DNA of 63,136 bases, filler included, from Dimargaris cristalligena (taxonomy: Eukaryota): the NCBI GenBank assembly GCA_003614675.1. It is 27 parts of 27 records of this genome, joined end to end, with 100 filler letters (N's around TTAATTAATTAA, not from the genome) between each part and the next. Parts side by side here need not be neighbours in the genome. Positions count along the whole stretch, not along the records: positions 49,419 to 51,646 come from ML004296.1; positions 51,747 to 53,974 come from ML004297.1; positions 54,075 to 56,183 come from ML004298.1; positions 56,284 to 58,502 come from ML004299.1; positions 58,603 to 60,819 come from ML004300.1; positions 60,920 to 63,136 come from ML004301.1; 21 more parts are not named here. The stretch is one strand, 5' to 3'. Position 1 is the first letter of the stretch. The number at the start of each line of letters is the position of its first letter. This document shows positions 50,651 through 63,136 of the stretch, piece after piece. The position numbers and the translations under genes are program-made. The notes beneath the pieces were generated by a model. That model was not told the DNA's origin. It worked only from the letters and a program-made list of their open reading frames with translations, and did not search any database.

Positions 50651-51746
50651 CTCCAAATGGGCTGGATACCAAACAATACTTGGTCCTTTCTAGTATATAT
50701 ACTTCTTCTTACCTTCTCCAGTTTATATACCATCTTGTTTTACAACTTCTTATGGGGTAGTTATATTACTACCCTATTCTAAAGACATCTCTTACTTTCC
50801 CCTATCATATACTTATTACTAGTCTCCCCTAAATAGGATGGATATAACACTATATTCTCTCATCAAATGATAGGACATAGTACTATACTGCCCTTTCTAT
50901 ACTACTTACATCTCTACTTCTCCTACCTGGATACCACTAGCTACCCCTTATACTATTAGTTTGAGTATACCTAACTACCTATACCTTTCTCTAATACTTT
51001 CCTTTACTATTTACTACTACCTTTAAAGTGAGAACAACTAGGGTCACAGTACCCTCTAACCTTAAAATAGTAGTGCTTAAGGTACTTTCTTACTCCCTAT
51101 GGTCTCCTACTCTCCATATAGACTATACTTTAGGTATCCTAGTTCTTGACCTATGATACCCTATAGCTTTTATAGATAACATTTTCCCTCTATCTACCTT
51201 AGCTATAAGTAGAAAACTCTTAGTACTCTAGTACCCCTTTAGCTATATCCAGTCTTACATCTGGGCAGTTCTCTGTTGCCTTAGGGTCTTCTACTACTTG
51301 TAAGCTATGGAATATACTTCCTACTCTCTAGACCTACTGAGTTACTCTCTCCTACCCCCCCTTAGGGGTCTATTCTCACAAATCTATGAGTGTCTGAGTA
51401 ATAGCTAGTTCTGACCTTGGGTATTCAATTACTTAACTCTTGAACTAGTTCAACTCAGGACCACATAGTACTTACCACCCCCCCTCTTTTACATAGCCTA
51501 TCCTACATAACATAGGATACTCCATCTTCAAAAACCTCTCTAAATACCTCTTATAGTAGGTCTCTCCTGGAAAAGCCCTATACAAATAAGTTTCTCTCCT
51601 CCTTATACACTACCCCTATAGGTAGTTCCCTTACCTCTTGTTACCTNNNNNNNNNNNNNNNNNNNNNNNNNNNNNNNNNNNNNNNNNNNNTTAATTAATT
51701 AANNNNNNNNNNNNNNNNNNNNNNNNNNNNNNNNNNNNNNNNNNNN

Positions 51747-52098
51747 TTTATTGTAATTTAATTCAGTATAGGAATAGTCCTTTAATAAGTAGTAGAAAGT
51801 AGCTTTAAAGTATTGAAAAATAGTAAAAAATAGTTAAAGAAAGCTAATTTTTCACTAGTCCGGTTGCTAGACATCAATTTACATAGTACAGTTTATTTTT
51901 TGGCTTTCCCGAGTCATTATTCATAGATTCATTATAGGTCTTATGATTGATCACAGGGTCGGGGATCATATTTCCCTCATTTTTAAAAAAAGTCCCATCG
52001 ATCTACCTATTTCCCGTTTCGATAAAAAAATAGTCCCGTTACATCAATTGGAACTTTCATTCAAATCGTTATATAGCTTGATTGAACTTCTCCCATAT
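51747..52098. repeat. Unclassified element terminus (family H) interrupting the Gypsy pol tail
   Basis: 52044-52098 is the reverse complement (1 mismatch) of 63082-63136. Confidence 0.65.
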
Positions 52099-52099
52099 C

Positions 52100-53974
52100 A
52101 TGAATTGCTAAAGGTTCTTGGCAAATTCAGGCTTGGCCATCAAAGGTATCCTTGTTCCTAAATCTGGCTTCTTCTAATAAGGCAGCTACTAGATCAACAG
52201 TAGTTCCCATGGCTTCGATTTGGTGAGTTCTGGCTAAAAGGAGTTCATTTGTAGTCATATTTTCATAAAAATCATGAGACAACTAAGTTTCCAAGTTAAA
52301 TTTCACAGGTAATAGGCATTCATGGCTGTACAATAGATAATGGGGGCTAAATCCAGTGGTAGTTTTAGCAGTAATTCTATCCGCCCATAATGCTGAATGT
52401 AAAAAGTCAGGCCAATTCTGTGGATTCCTACTGGCTTTAACAATTGAATCTACCAGTGGGCCATGACCATGCTCTACCATCCCATTTGCCTGGTGATGAT
52501 ATGATGTCATTAGGTTCAGGCTTATTCTATGTTTTTCCAGGAGGTCTTTGATTAGACTTGAGTTCATTTTGCCCCTATCAGCAACAAATTTTCCAACTGG
52601 ACCAAACCTGGTGATAATGTCTTCCTTGAGAAAACTTGCCACTTGCTTAGCCCCATTCTTGGTTAGGGCTCTGGCTTCAACCCAGCCACTAAGGGCATCC
52701 CTAGCTACGACTAGGTAACAATACCCCTTTAAACTTTTAGACATGTGCACTAAATTGACACCTACTTTGTGCCAAAGTACTGGTGAATGTTTTGGGTGGA
52801 GAGGCTCCTTGAATCGATTCCTGGCCCATTTTTGACAAATCTCACAAGTCTGGATATAAGATTTTAAGTCCTGGTAGAAGCCCTTCCAAAAATACCATAA
52901 GTTTAGTTTTATAAAGGAGGTTTCAATCCCTTTATGTCCACCTCCCTCACCCTCGTGTATCTCTTTTAGGATTTCTAACTGCTTTTCTTTATCACAGACT
53001 ACCCTTTGAGGTATAGTTCCTGGACATCCATGGCAAAATAAATGGCCATTCCTGAGGGAGTATGAAGTGACCTTGGCCTTGAACCTGCGGAATTCTCTTG
53101 TCCCTAGGCCCAGTGGCCTTTGTAAAGTTGATAAATAGTGCCCAATTTGTGCCATTTCCTGATTATAGTCTTGTTTAGGGAAGTTGATAGTCTGATCCGA
53201 ATTTTCTGGCTGTAGATTGGTTGTTCTGGGTATGTCAGTGGATAGTACATGTACTCTAATGGTGGTCTTGTCCTTGCCTTGGATAGTAGAGATATGGTGA
53301 GCTTCCAAAAAAATGTCAAAATCAGATTCACCATCAGAATTTGGTATATTTGCTTTTGACAATCCATCAGCAACCACATTATCAGACCCGGGGATATGTT
53401 TTAAATCAAAATCAAACATCCTTAACCAAGTCAGCCAGCAGTTTACAGCTGCATCAGGAAGGTCCTGCTTATTCAGCATCCCAATTAAAGGTTTACAATT
53501 AGTTTCCAGGATAAAATGGATTCCATAGACAAAAAACTGAAGTTTTTTGACCATTTTGACCATTCCTACTAATTCCCTTTTTACCTGAGCATATCTGCAC
53601 TCAGTAGGAGTGAACAAAGTAGACTCAAATCTACAGGCATAGTGACTGCCTTGCTCATCTTCCTGTCCCAAAATGGCACCAGCCCCAATTGGGCTAGCAT
53701 CAACAGTTATATAAAGGATGTGATTTTTGTCACCATACACTGGATTCTGTAGGATAGGTGATGTATTGAGTTCCCCCTTAATTAGGTCCATTGCTGCTTG
53801 TTGTTCTTTACCCTAGTGGAATTCCTGATCTTTCTTTTGTAGGCAGTATATGGGTTCCATTTTAACTGAAAAATTCGAAATCTATAGCCTATAGAAGGCA
53901 CAAATAGCAGCAAAACTGTGACTTTGAGTAAGGTTTTCTGGGGGTGGCCAGGCCATGATCTTGTTGATTTTCTC
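52100..53974 (-). mobile_element. Ty3/Gypsy pol fragment (RNase H - integrase), degenerate
   Basis: TVDAS, KREL, NVVADGLS, then HHCC (H..GGH...CEIC), ARDALSGWVEA, ADRG, YHHQANGMVE. Confidence 0.93.
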
Positions 53975-54207
53975 NNNNNNNNNNNNNNNNNNNNNNNNNN
54001 NNNNNNNNNNNNNNNNNNTTAATTAATTAANNNNNNNNNNNNNNNNNNNNNNNNNNNNNNNNNNNNNNNNNNNNTACAAAATATATTAGTTACAGTTGAT
54101 CAGTTCACAGGAACAGTCATGTAAGTGATGCTGCCGGTCGGTCGAATAGATCTACAAATGTACTCAACGACAACGAGGTATTATATCATAGTATAGTTTT
54201 CACTTAC

Positions 54208-56183
54208 CGGAGACTCCAAATGGTCAGCAAGTTGCTCTACGGTGGCCCATCCAGTCTGAACTAACTTGTGGGCAGCTGACCGGAGAGCAGGTTTAGTGGT
54301 CCACAAGGCAAATAGACGAGGCCGCAAAACATGAAGAACTGTCTGGATCTGGACAATTTCCTCCTTAAAAATATTGCGCTTTTCCGCTTTGAATAGAATC
54401 TGGCTGCCGTTCTGAATGGTTTGGACCAGCCTCCGCAGCCGGTCGATGGTGGCCCCAATTCCCAGGTCAAACTGATGCTCGAGGACCGTCGTGGCCGTGC
54501 CATCATTCTGGGCCGTCCCCGTTAGCGCGTCGAGCAGGTAGTTTTCCATAGAAGGGTAGAGTAAGAATAGGTATAAGTTCAAGGTACCCGGTTGGGCGAT
54601 CCATTGGTCAAAATACCTCTCAGCAGCTAACAGTAGGCAGCGCTGGGAATTTACCGGTGGGACCGAACCTCCCAGACCAGAAGAATCAGTGATAGTTTTC
54701 GTTACTAATTCGGCCATCAATTCACGGGCATCCACATCATCATCCTGCAGCAACCGAACGAGAGCTAAGAACAGGCGGTGTTGGATTGTCATGGATGGTC
54801 CCGGTACCGCGTCCAATGGTGAAGTGGAAGCAGGCGAAGCTAGCGGCAAATAGGAGGCGAATAGATGGGGGAGGAACGGGGAGAGGGCCTGGATGGCCGC
54901 TTCACGCTGGGGAAGGGACTGTTGGGGATCGGACCAAGTAAGTACCACCACGGACCAATCTAACAGCCACTTCCACTGGATGGAGTTAACATTGGTGGGT
55001 TCGTCAGCAATAGTTGACCACCACTGAGCTGCTACCCAGCCGAAATAGGGAAGAACATTTAGCGCGACCTTGAAATATGTTGGTGAGCGAAGGTACTCCA
55101 GGGCAGCGGTCCAGAACTGATCAGCCGTAGGCGAGGCAAGCTGGGGATCTCGGGGAGACCCCGCACTAAGGTAGGTATCCGTGACGCGAATCTGGAACAA
55201 TTCAATGTGGTGCAGTAGATGTGCTACGAGCGAAAGTACCCGGCGTGGTGCTGACCGCTGGTATAGTAGCGCCTGCCAATATGGAATCCATTGGTCCCAA
55301 ATCAACTTCTGAGCTATACCTGAGCTTAAAGGCCGGGGGCCTGCCAGTGAGGCCAGGATAAAACGGAGGCTGGCCAGGGTTACCTCGTACTGAGGGCTAT
55401 TAAAACACCGCTCCATAAAATCCGTCGGGACCAAGGTGGACTCCCCTTCCGCCCCGAACAGCAGGTGTAGCCCCAGCTGGGCCACTTCCTGTGGACGATT
55501 ATAGGTGCCTAAATTAAGCAAAGGTACTTCAATATCCGATGGACCAGGTGATGCCGGGAAGGTGGTTGAGATTAGGGCCGTGATTAGGGTATGGGTCGCC
55601 TTAGCGTTATCCCGTTGACAAATGGCAAGGATACGAGCATCGTCGGCATATTCGGAATCAGTGATCGCGGCCACGGCTCCCAGCAACCGGAAACTGAGCA
55701 ATAACCGCCGCAAGACGCGTAGGGCCGTGCTTTCCCATACGCCCCGGGTAGAACTATTAGACATGGTAGGCCAAGCTAACGAGTGAATCATCAGGGTGTG
55801 CAATAGCGACATGAGCTGTGGGGCCACGTTAGCGGCGTATTCTAGGGCGGTCGGGGGGTGGGCCAATGCCGTTGTGAAGGCCGTAGACTCCAGTAAGCAG
55901 AGGATCTGGCACAATTGCCCGTGGATCAGGTTAGCTGGCGCAGGGTGGTCGGCGGGGGTAGTGGAAGTAGTAGCGGCCACCCCCCTTTCCCAATGGGCGA
56001 GATGGGCTCGCAGCATAGTGCACCGCCGGAAGAGGTAGGGCACTAGGTTTCTAAAGGGAACCAAGGCGGCTAGGGAGCGGGCGGCCATTTGGCGAATCTT
56101 ATAATCCGGGCAGGTGGCACTCCTTTCGACTAAGGGCAGGAATCGCTGAAGATCGTGGACCGTCGAACCAGGCGCCTCTTTGT
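54208..56183 (-). CDS. THADA/Trm732-family (tRNA 2'-O-methylation cofactor) C-terminal large exon
   Basis: Open frame of more than 635 codons, helical and Leu-rich, with KIRQMAARSL and LLQDDDVDARE motifs typical of THADA C-termini. GTAAGT donor at 54207. Confidence 0.75.
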
Positions 56184-56283
56184 NNNNNNNNNNNNNNNNN
56201 NNNNNNNNNNNNNNNNNNNNNNNNNNNTTAATTAATTAANNNNNNNNNNNNNNNNNNNNNNNNNNNNNNNNNNNNNNNNNNNN

Positions 56284-56641
56284 GTTCGGCCTGGTTAGGG
56301 CCGGGGGGTACAATATGGTGCTATACGGCCTGATATGATGGCGGTCATATCGGTTGGGTTAGGACGGATTAGGAGGGGCGACATCTATGATGTTAATGTT
56401 AATTTACCCATCTATTGGTATGGGTTTTTACTTGTATGGCTGGTTATTCTTATAGTTCAAATTAACCAGTCATGACACCACTACACATCCCTTGTATATA
56501 CCTACACTTGGCCTTTATTAGTTAGTATCCATGCCCTATACCTGATGCTAGAGCCTGCTTGGCTGAGCCTAAGCCTCACCTGCTATTAGAAGCCTATTCC
56601 CAAGACTCTTGATGGACTAAGAGTGGTTAACTTGGGTGACA
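56284..56641. mobile_element. Two LTR family A fragments (56284-56383 minus, about 56475-56641 plus)
   Basis: Ends GGGGCGACA and GGGTGACA match the two family A termini. Confidence 0.8.
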
Positions 56642-57091
56642 GACTCCTTACTAATTCTAAATGTAGAGCTGGCTGTGGCAGTAGAAGTAATAATGGTAAC
56701 TAGATGAGTCTAATAGATCAGCACTTGAGTGATTAGTATAAACAGATAGAGTCTGGGTGGTGGAGTAGTTGTATAATAAGTGATGATCCCATGGTACCAG
56801 GTGTAATTATGGGAAAGCTTGTATGTTACTATAAGACCTAATATAGTTGAATGCTAAGCCACCCAGATTATGGTAAATCAAATGGTCCAACATAACATTA
56901 GCCCCATTCTAAATAATATAGTATCTACAGCATTGTCCAACTGGCCATTTTGCATAGCAGCTCCCCAATATGTATATGTTATTGGAGCTTACATGGACAA
57001 CCTGTGCCTTTATCAGCCAATACCATCTGATACCTCTCTGCTTTTGATAGTTGATGGTTATCTAATTGCAATTACCATCATCCATCATCCA

Positions 57092-57652
57092 TGTCACCCC
57101 TCCTAATCTATCCTAACCCAACCACTATGATTACCATCATAGCAGGCCGTATAGTGCCATATTGTACCCCCGGCCCTAACAAGGCTGGACATCACTGATA
57201 TCTCCTTACCGGCCGGACCTCCCCGGGTTTGCACTAATCACTCCTAGGTGATCCTAGTGCCTTCCAATTCCCATGGAAGCCCCGCTCATCCGAGGACCAG
57301 CCGGTCCTCCTTATTGTTATCCTCTTAACTAGTTCCCCCCCGGGACCTCCCCTCGGGTAGTCCCTGGCGTATATATAACCGGGCCCCTCTTGAGACCAGT
57401 TAGCAGCTCGGCTTATTCTTACCCCCCATAGTTTACCCAATAAACTCTATATACACTCACCCCCCAGTACTGACCAGTAAGTGTGCATTGGTGCATGTCC
57501 CCTGCCTATGTAGTATGCTTACTTTATTTAGTTAGTATCAGCCATTGTACCTAACGCTAGTAGCCTGCTTGGCCATGTCCAATGCCCCACTTACCGTTAG
57601 AAGCCTACCCTCAAGACTCTTGATGGACTAAGAGTGGTTAACTTGAGTGACA
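57092..57652 (+). mobile_element. Intact solo LTR, family A (561 bp) with perfect 5-bp TSD
   Basis: ATCCA-[TGTCA...TGACA]-ATCCA, internal TATATAA and AATAAA, CpGs retained. Confidence 0.95.
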
Positions 57653-57801
57653 ATCCATTATCCCCTATTTATTTCTATACTTCCATATACCTGGAAGCTT
57701 ATGCATTACTGAAAAGAGCCAGTATGGGAACTCAGCTTAGCCAGTTTAAGTAAAAACCAAAAATTATTAATAATGCAACCAATGGATATAGACATAGTCT
57801 C

Positions 57802-58385
57802 TGTCACCCAAGTTTACCACTCTTAATCTATCAAGAGTTCTGAGGATAGGCTTCTAATGGTAGGTGGGGCATAGACTTAGCCAAGCAGGCTACTAGTGTT
57901 AGGATGGAGGCATAATACTAACCAATAAAGGACAAGTGCAGGTAAATGCAAGGGACATGCAGCAGGCACACTTACTAGTTAGTACAAGGGGTGTAAGCAT
58001 ATATAGAGTTTATTGAGGTAAACTAGGGGGTAAATAATAAGCTGCTGAATCAAACTGGTCCCAGTGGGGCCTGGTTATATATATGTGGGGACAGCTCTAT
58101 AGAGAGGTCCCAAGGGAAATACTACTAAGACTAAGGTATAGGTAGATAAGGAATTGGACCAGATGGTTTTGTATCTGGAAGACTTATGGTTTCCATAAGA
58201 GTCTTGGATCAGTAGGTTGAATGTTTTAGTGCAAAGTATTGGGGTTGGGAAGGAGAAGAGTTATATAATAAATGATGATCCCATAGTACCAGGGGGGACT
58301 ATGGGAGGGTTAATATGGCACTATAAGGTCTAATAAGGATGGATAATCATTCAGTTTGGATTAAGTTGGATTAGGGGGGCTGATA
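57802..58385 (-). mobile_element. Solo LTR, family A
   Basis: TGTCA...TGATA with near-TSD GTCTC/GTCTA. Confidence 0.88.
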
Positions 58386-58602
58386 GTCTACACCTAGATT
58401 AAAAGCAGTGGTATTAATTCAAGAATATTGGAATATCTAAGTGCTGAGGTATCTGCATATGATAAAGAAAAACCTTACTGATCCATTGAATTATCCAAAA
58501 CCNNNNNNNNNNNNNNNNNNNNNNNNNNNNNNNNNNNNNNNNNNNNTTAATTAATTAANNNNNNNNNNNNNNNNNNNNNNNNNNNNNNNNNNNNNNNNNN
58601 NN

Positions 58603-60779
58603 TTACCAGTGCACTTCGTAACAAACCAAAAGAACTCATTTGGACACCTGAGTGTCAATCAGCTTTTGAATCATTACATCATCAATTAAGTAGTACCCCT
58701 CTCTTAGCTTATCCTGATTATACCCTACCCTTTCAAGTATATACGGATGCCTCTAAGGTTGCATTAGGTGCTGTTTTAATGCAAGATCAAGGCCAAGGAT
58801 TACAACCTATTGCTTATGAATCCAAAAAATTGTCTGATCCCGAATCCCGTTATGCTCCTCATGAATTAGAATTATATACAGTTATTCATGCTTTAAAAAT
58901 TTGGTGTCACTACCTATACAACCATCCTTTTACTGTTCACACTGATCATAGAGGTCTCTAGTTTCTTTCTACCACACCTAAAATTCCCATCCACCTACAT
59001 CATTGGCTTAAACTTCTTCTAGATTTTGACCCTGATATTAAGTATTTACCAGGAGCTAAACAAGTTGTTGCAGATGCACTCTCCCAATGTCATGAAACCC
59101 CAATTACTAGTCAACTTACCTCTATAACTACTACCCTAGATCAATTACCCACTGATTGGCCACAATACATGACACAACTCCTACGACGGGAACCATTACC
59201 ACCGGATACTTCTATTACCACTCGGGAACATTTGGATCGGGAAATATCCCACTTCACATTAGATCCAGTATCAGGCTCCCTATGTCGATTCATCGATGGA
59301 AAACCAGTACCCTATATTGACCCTACTGCTCGCAATCACTGGATTTGACAATTTCATGATAATTATGGACATGAAGGGTATCAAAGCACCCATTACCAAT
59401 TACAAACACGAGTATGGTGGCCACAGCTTCTTAGTTCAGTTCACCAATTTGTTCGTGCTTGTCCCCATTGTCAAATCCATCATCGAGCATATCCTTTTAC
59501 CACTGTCGAACCGACACCCCCTGATCCAGTGGCCCAACCTTTAGATCAATGGGCCCTTGATTTTGTAGGACCCCTTATTACCTCTACAATGGGTAACAAA
59601 TATATTATAACAGCTATTGACCAAGCTACCGGATTTCCCATTTGTAAAGCTGTTCCTGGAGCTACTGCCGAAATTGCTAAATCCTTTTTAAGTAATAATA
59701 TTATATCTATTTTTGGTTTACCTCGAGAAATACTTACTGATCGAGGTACCCAGTTTATGAGTCATAGTTTTGAATCCTTTTTACAAAATCATAATATCCA
59801 TCATTTAACTACTTCTGCTTACCATCCACAAACAAATGGTCGAGTGGAACGATTCCATGCGGAACTCAAAGGAGCTATTACACGTCAAAACACTGGAGCA
59901 CGTCGAAACTGGGATACCTTTTTGCACACAGTACTATTAGCCATCCGGACTCGCTATTCTCGGGTAACACAAAGTACACCATATTATTTGGTGTTTGGCC
60001 GTCACCCTCGGATACCTGGTGACCAAATTTTACTATTATTACCAGAGTCAGATATCAACATATTACAACACCATGCTCGACAACATATAACTAGTGTTCA
60101 AGAACATCGCAAACATGTGTTTTCAATTTGCCAACTCACACAGGCTTGTACCTGACAACGATTTTGGAATAATCAACCCTGACCTCACCAGTTCAAAGTC
60201 AACAATGCATTTTATTACGAGATCCCACAGCTCGATCCTTACAATCCCACTGGTTTGGACCATTTTGAATCCACCAGGTTCTACAATATAACATGTATCT
60301 GTTAATGTCACCTAACATGACCATCAGTCCCATTCCTATCCACACCTCCCACTTGAAACCAGCTGTAGTATCAGATGCTAACTATCGCGCCTAGCATTTA
60401 CCCCCGCAGTATATACGCACCCTTGGGGAGAATGGTGTTGTGGTAGGATCTGAGACTACTTAGTTAGCTGCAGTATTTTTTTATTAATCAGTTCTCTTTA
60501 CTATATCCTTTTATCAATGAAGTCTCGATTTATTATTTTACAGCCTTGCAATATCATAGCAAGTAAGAGATACATCAAATATCACTTGCATTTATATTTG
60601 ATATCATCATTAGCCAGATATATTCGTAAAACTCATCATTATTTATCAACCCCAACAGTAATACTATGTAGGTTGAACTTCAACCACTTTCTAAGTATAA
60701 ATACCTTCAAGAATCACAACTCTTAATAAAACATCTCTTTTTTTCATTCTTCTGAACTGTACCAGTAGTTTTACCTACA
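58603..60779 (+). mobile_element. 3' half of a Ty3/Gypsy element: RNase H, integrase, PPT, 3' LTR (family D, 60436-60779)
   Basis: TDAS, ELEL, TDH; integrase LDFVGPL, TDRGTQF, YHPQTNGRVER; PPT GGGGAGAATGG directly before TGTTG...CTACA. Confidence 0.95.
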
Positions 60780-60919
60780 GATATCTTGGATTAATTTTAC
60801 TATACTTTTTAATTATTCANNNNNNNNNNNNNNNNNNNNNNNNNNNNNNNNNNNNNNNNNNNNTTAATTAATTAANNNNNNNNNNNNNNNNNNNNNNNNN
60901 NNNNNNNNNNNNNNNNNNN

Positions 60920-61311
60920 ATAAAACTCTTGTGTCACTCATTATATCCTCCCCCCATCCTCCGTCCAATCCACTTTGGAAAGGGCAGGATATGCTTGAAT
61001 TTTCCTATGAAGGGTATCATTAGTTAGCTTCAGTTGCTGTCAAGCCCATTGTTTCATATATGTACTACCTGGGATGTCCGGCCTATTGTTAGCAGCCTTC
61101 AGGATTTGCGAGGAGGCAGTGGCCTCCTTATCAACATGGCCTGAAGTCGCAGTGGCTAGCTCCCTAGTGGCAGAAGATGGGAGGTTCACAGAGTGGGATG
61201 AGACTAGGGCAGAATTGGACATTGATATGGTGGGTTTTCGGAGGGGGTGGGTAGTCAGTGGATTGGACGGAGGATGGGGGGAGGATATAATGAGTGACAC
61301 AAGAGTTTTAT
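60920..61311. repeat. Perfect 55-bp inverted duplication (60920-60974 / 61257-61311) at contig start
   Basis: Exact reverse complement, checked by hand. Confidence 0.9.
61040..61222 (-). CDS. Possible small protein (60 aa, MSNSALVSS...KQWA)
   Basis: ATCAATG context, C/A-rich leader, TATATAA about 240 bp upstream. No motif. Confidence 0.4.
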   Translation of the reverse strand: MSNSALVSSHSVNLPSSATRELATATSGHVDKEATASSQILKAANNRPDIPGSTYMKQWA

Positions 61312-63081
61312 TGAAAATAAATATAACAAACAGTGGTGTTAAACAATAAGAAATAATTAATAAAAAAATCAGGACTGAGTTCAAGGAATCATGGAATTTG
61401 AGTTTGAAATAAAATGAGTGATGATTGATTCCTCTAATAAGTGGGAATTTGCTGGTTACTTATATAGCTATCCCAAGGGCCTTAGGGGCTGCTAGGTGCA
61501 AGAAAAAGGACGTAGAGAAAGGTCAAGAAATGGAATAAGATGGAATAACTGAGAATCTGCCAAAAAATAGGTCGGACTTTTAAAAGCAAGGAAAAAATGG
61601 CAGGCTTTTTAATGCAAACTACGAGTATAAAGGAATGAATAATATTTTTGTTAGCTTTTGTGTATGCCACAGTGTAGGTGGTATATATATATATATATAT
61701 ATTCATGGGTAAATGGCGGGAGTGATACTGCCATTGCATGTCATGGCATATTCTGCCCTCTGACAATGAGGACTGGCTGCCCATAGTCCGGGGATAAATG
61801 CCGACCTCCGGATGGCACTACACATACATAGTATAAAACTTGTAGCCGTGTCCACAGATTGAATGAACCCAGCATCTTAGGCCACTGCTATGATCTGCCA
61901 AATGGGGAACTGCCCCATATACCCTTTTTTACGATGGTTGGTCCGAGGTGCTTTTCCCTTCGGATGACTTTCATTGGCCAGAAATCGATCTACTCGGGAA
62001 ATTTGCTGCTGCGCTTGTGACGACCCGCGAATACAAGCGAAGCGTTGCTATATACCGAAGTGACAAGTCTAACTACAAGCTTGGGGATATATCATATATT
62101 GGCACTCAATTAGATACAATTCGCCCTATCATTCAGCCTCTGTGTTATTTTTGGAAGCTTCGATACCTCTTTTGGTACGAGGGTATTTCGTGTATGGTCC
62201 GATGAACCCTAGTCTAGAATCATCTCAAATGTCCACGGCGTATAGGTCACCCCAAGTATCGCAAGTACACTATTGGTCATATAATGGAAAAACGTCGCGA
62301 TTGGAGCGGTGTATATCGGGTTAAGGTTGTACAGGTAATTTTTACTTGACATGTCCACGTACTTGTAGAGGTATTTACCATGTTAAATATATAACAATGG
62401 GGGATGCGGGCGCCGAGGTCGTATACTTTAGTACAACTTCTCAATAAGAATACGCGTACAGGTGGGACACAGATTTCCAGCTGTGAAGGGTCGCCACAAC
62501 CAACGAACACAAAAACACAATTGCTTCCTCCGGATGAGTTCCCCCCTCATAATATTTAAGCACAGTTTTGGGGTTGCGAGTAGTGGGGGATTTTATCAGT
62601 CAAGCCAATCTAAAATGGGAACCTGGAGCATCCCACCCGTGTAATTATGACCAATTACCGGCATCACTGCACCTGTCCATTTTGGCCTTACAGCGGTTAA
62701 CATTGTCAGTTAACGAAGCCAGATGCTATCATAACCGGCGTAGCCTTTATATACGATGGCTATAACGCATTTTAATTGATTCAGTATGGTGGTCCAAAAG
62801 GTTGTTTTATTTTTAAAATATTGTACGGGATTTTTTGAGCCGTAGGCTAACAGAAGACTAAAAATATGCGGGGTTATCAAAATAGGATGATTTAATACAG
62901 GACTACATGTGTGATTGCTGCAAAAGGGAATTCCAAAACAACTGGTCCTGTCATCACCGGCATTGTTAAAGACATGGGACGTAGGCACATCTGGGTGCGT
63001 CCAGGTGGTTGACCGCATGGTAGATTCTCAATACGACTGGAGTGGACCTCGCCTACTATAATACCTATTATGTCTTGATAT

Positions 63082-63136
63082 ATATGGGAGAAGTTCAATC
63101 AAGCTATATAACGATTTGGATGAAAGTTCCAATTGA
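63082..63136. repeat. Terminus of repeat family H
   Basis: Matches 52044-52098 in reverse complement. Confidence 0.65.

Noticed and set aside
61682-61702. (TA)n tract
   Set aside because: Ordinary microsatellite.

Overview
This window is not a contiguous locus. It is 27 unrelated short contigs (about 2.1-2.3 kb, roughly size-sorted) joined by 26 artificial 100-bp linkers (N44-TTAATTAATTAA-N44), so neighbourhood across a linker means nothing. Most contigs look like the repeat-rich fraction of a fungal genome; an early-diverging fungus assembled from amplified DNA is my inference. They contain decayed Ty3/Gypsy, Ty1/Copia and LINE retroelements, at least five LTR families (one with about 11 copies), a partial tRNA-Val(CAC), an irregular telomere-type tract, a THADA/Trm732-family exon and several orphan secreted-protein genes. 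Two contigs look foreign: a betaproteobacterial plasmid/ICE-like fragment (ssb, lytic transglycosylase) and a GC-rich ThrE-family gene. The most notable observations are: (1) a non-coding 1.7-kb mosaic array of about 18 bidirectional 20-21 bp hairpins with compensatory stem changes, interleaved with GCGAAGC mini-hairpin and TGCAC motifs; (2) a Gypsy pol with a complete dUTPase directly after RNase H; (3) a gag-pol -1 frameshift signal (G GGA AAC plus predicted pseudoknot); (4) a mixed-unit telomeric tract next to a LINE 3' fragment; (5) RIP-like C-to-T decay of repeats.
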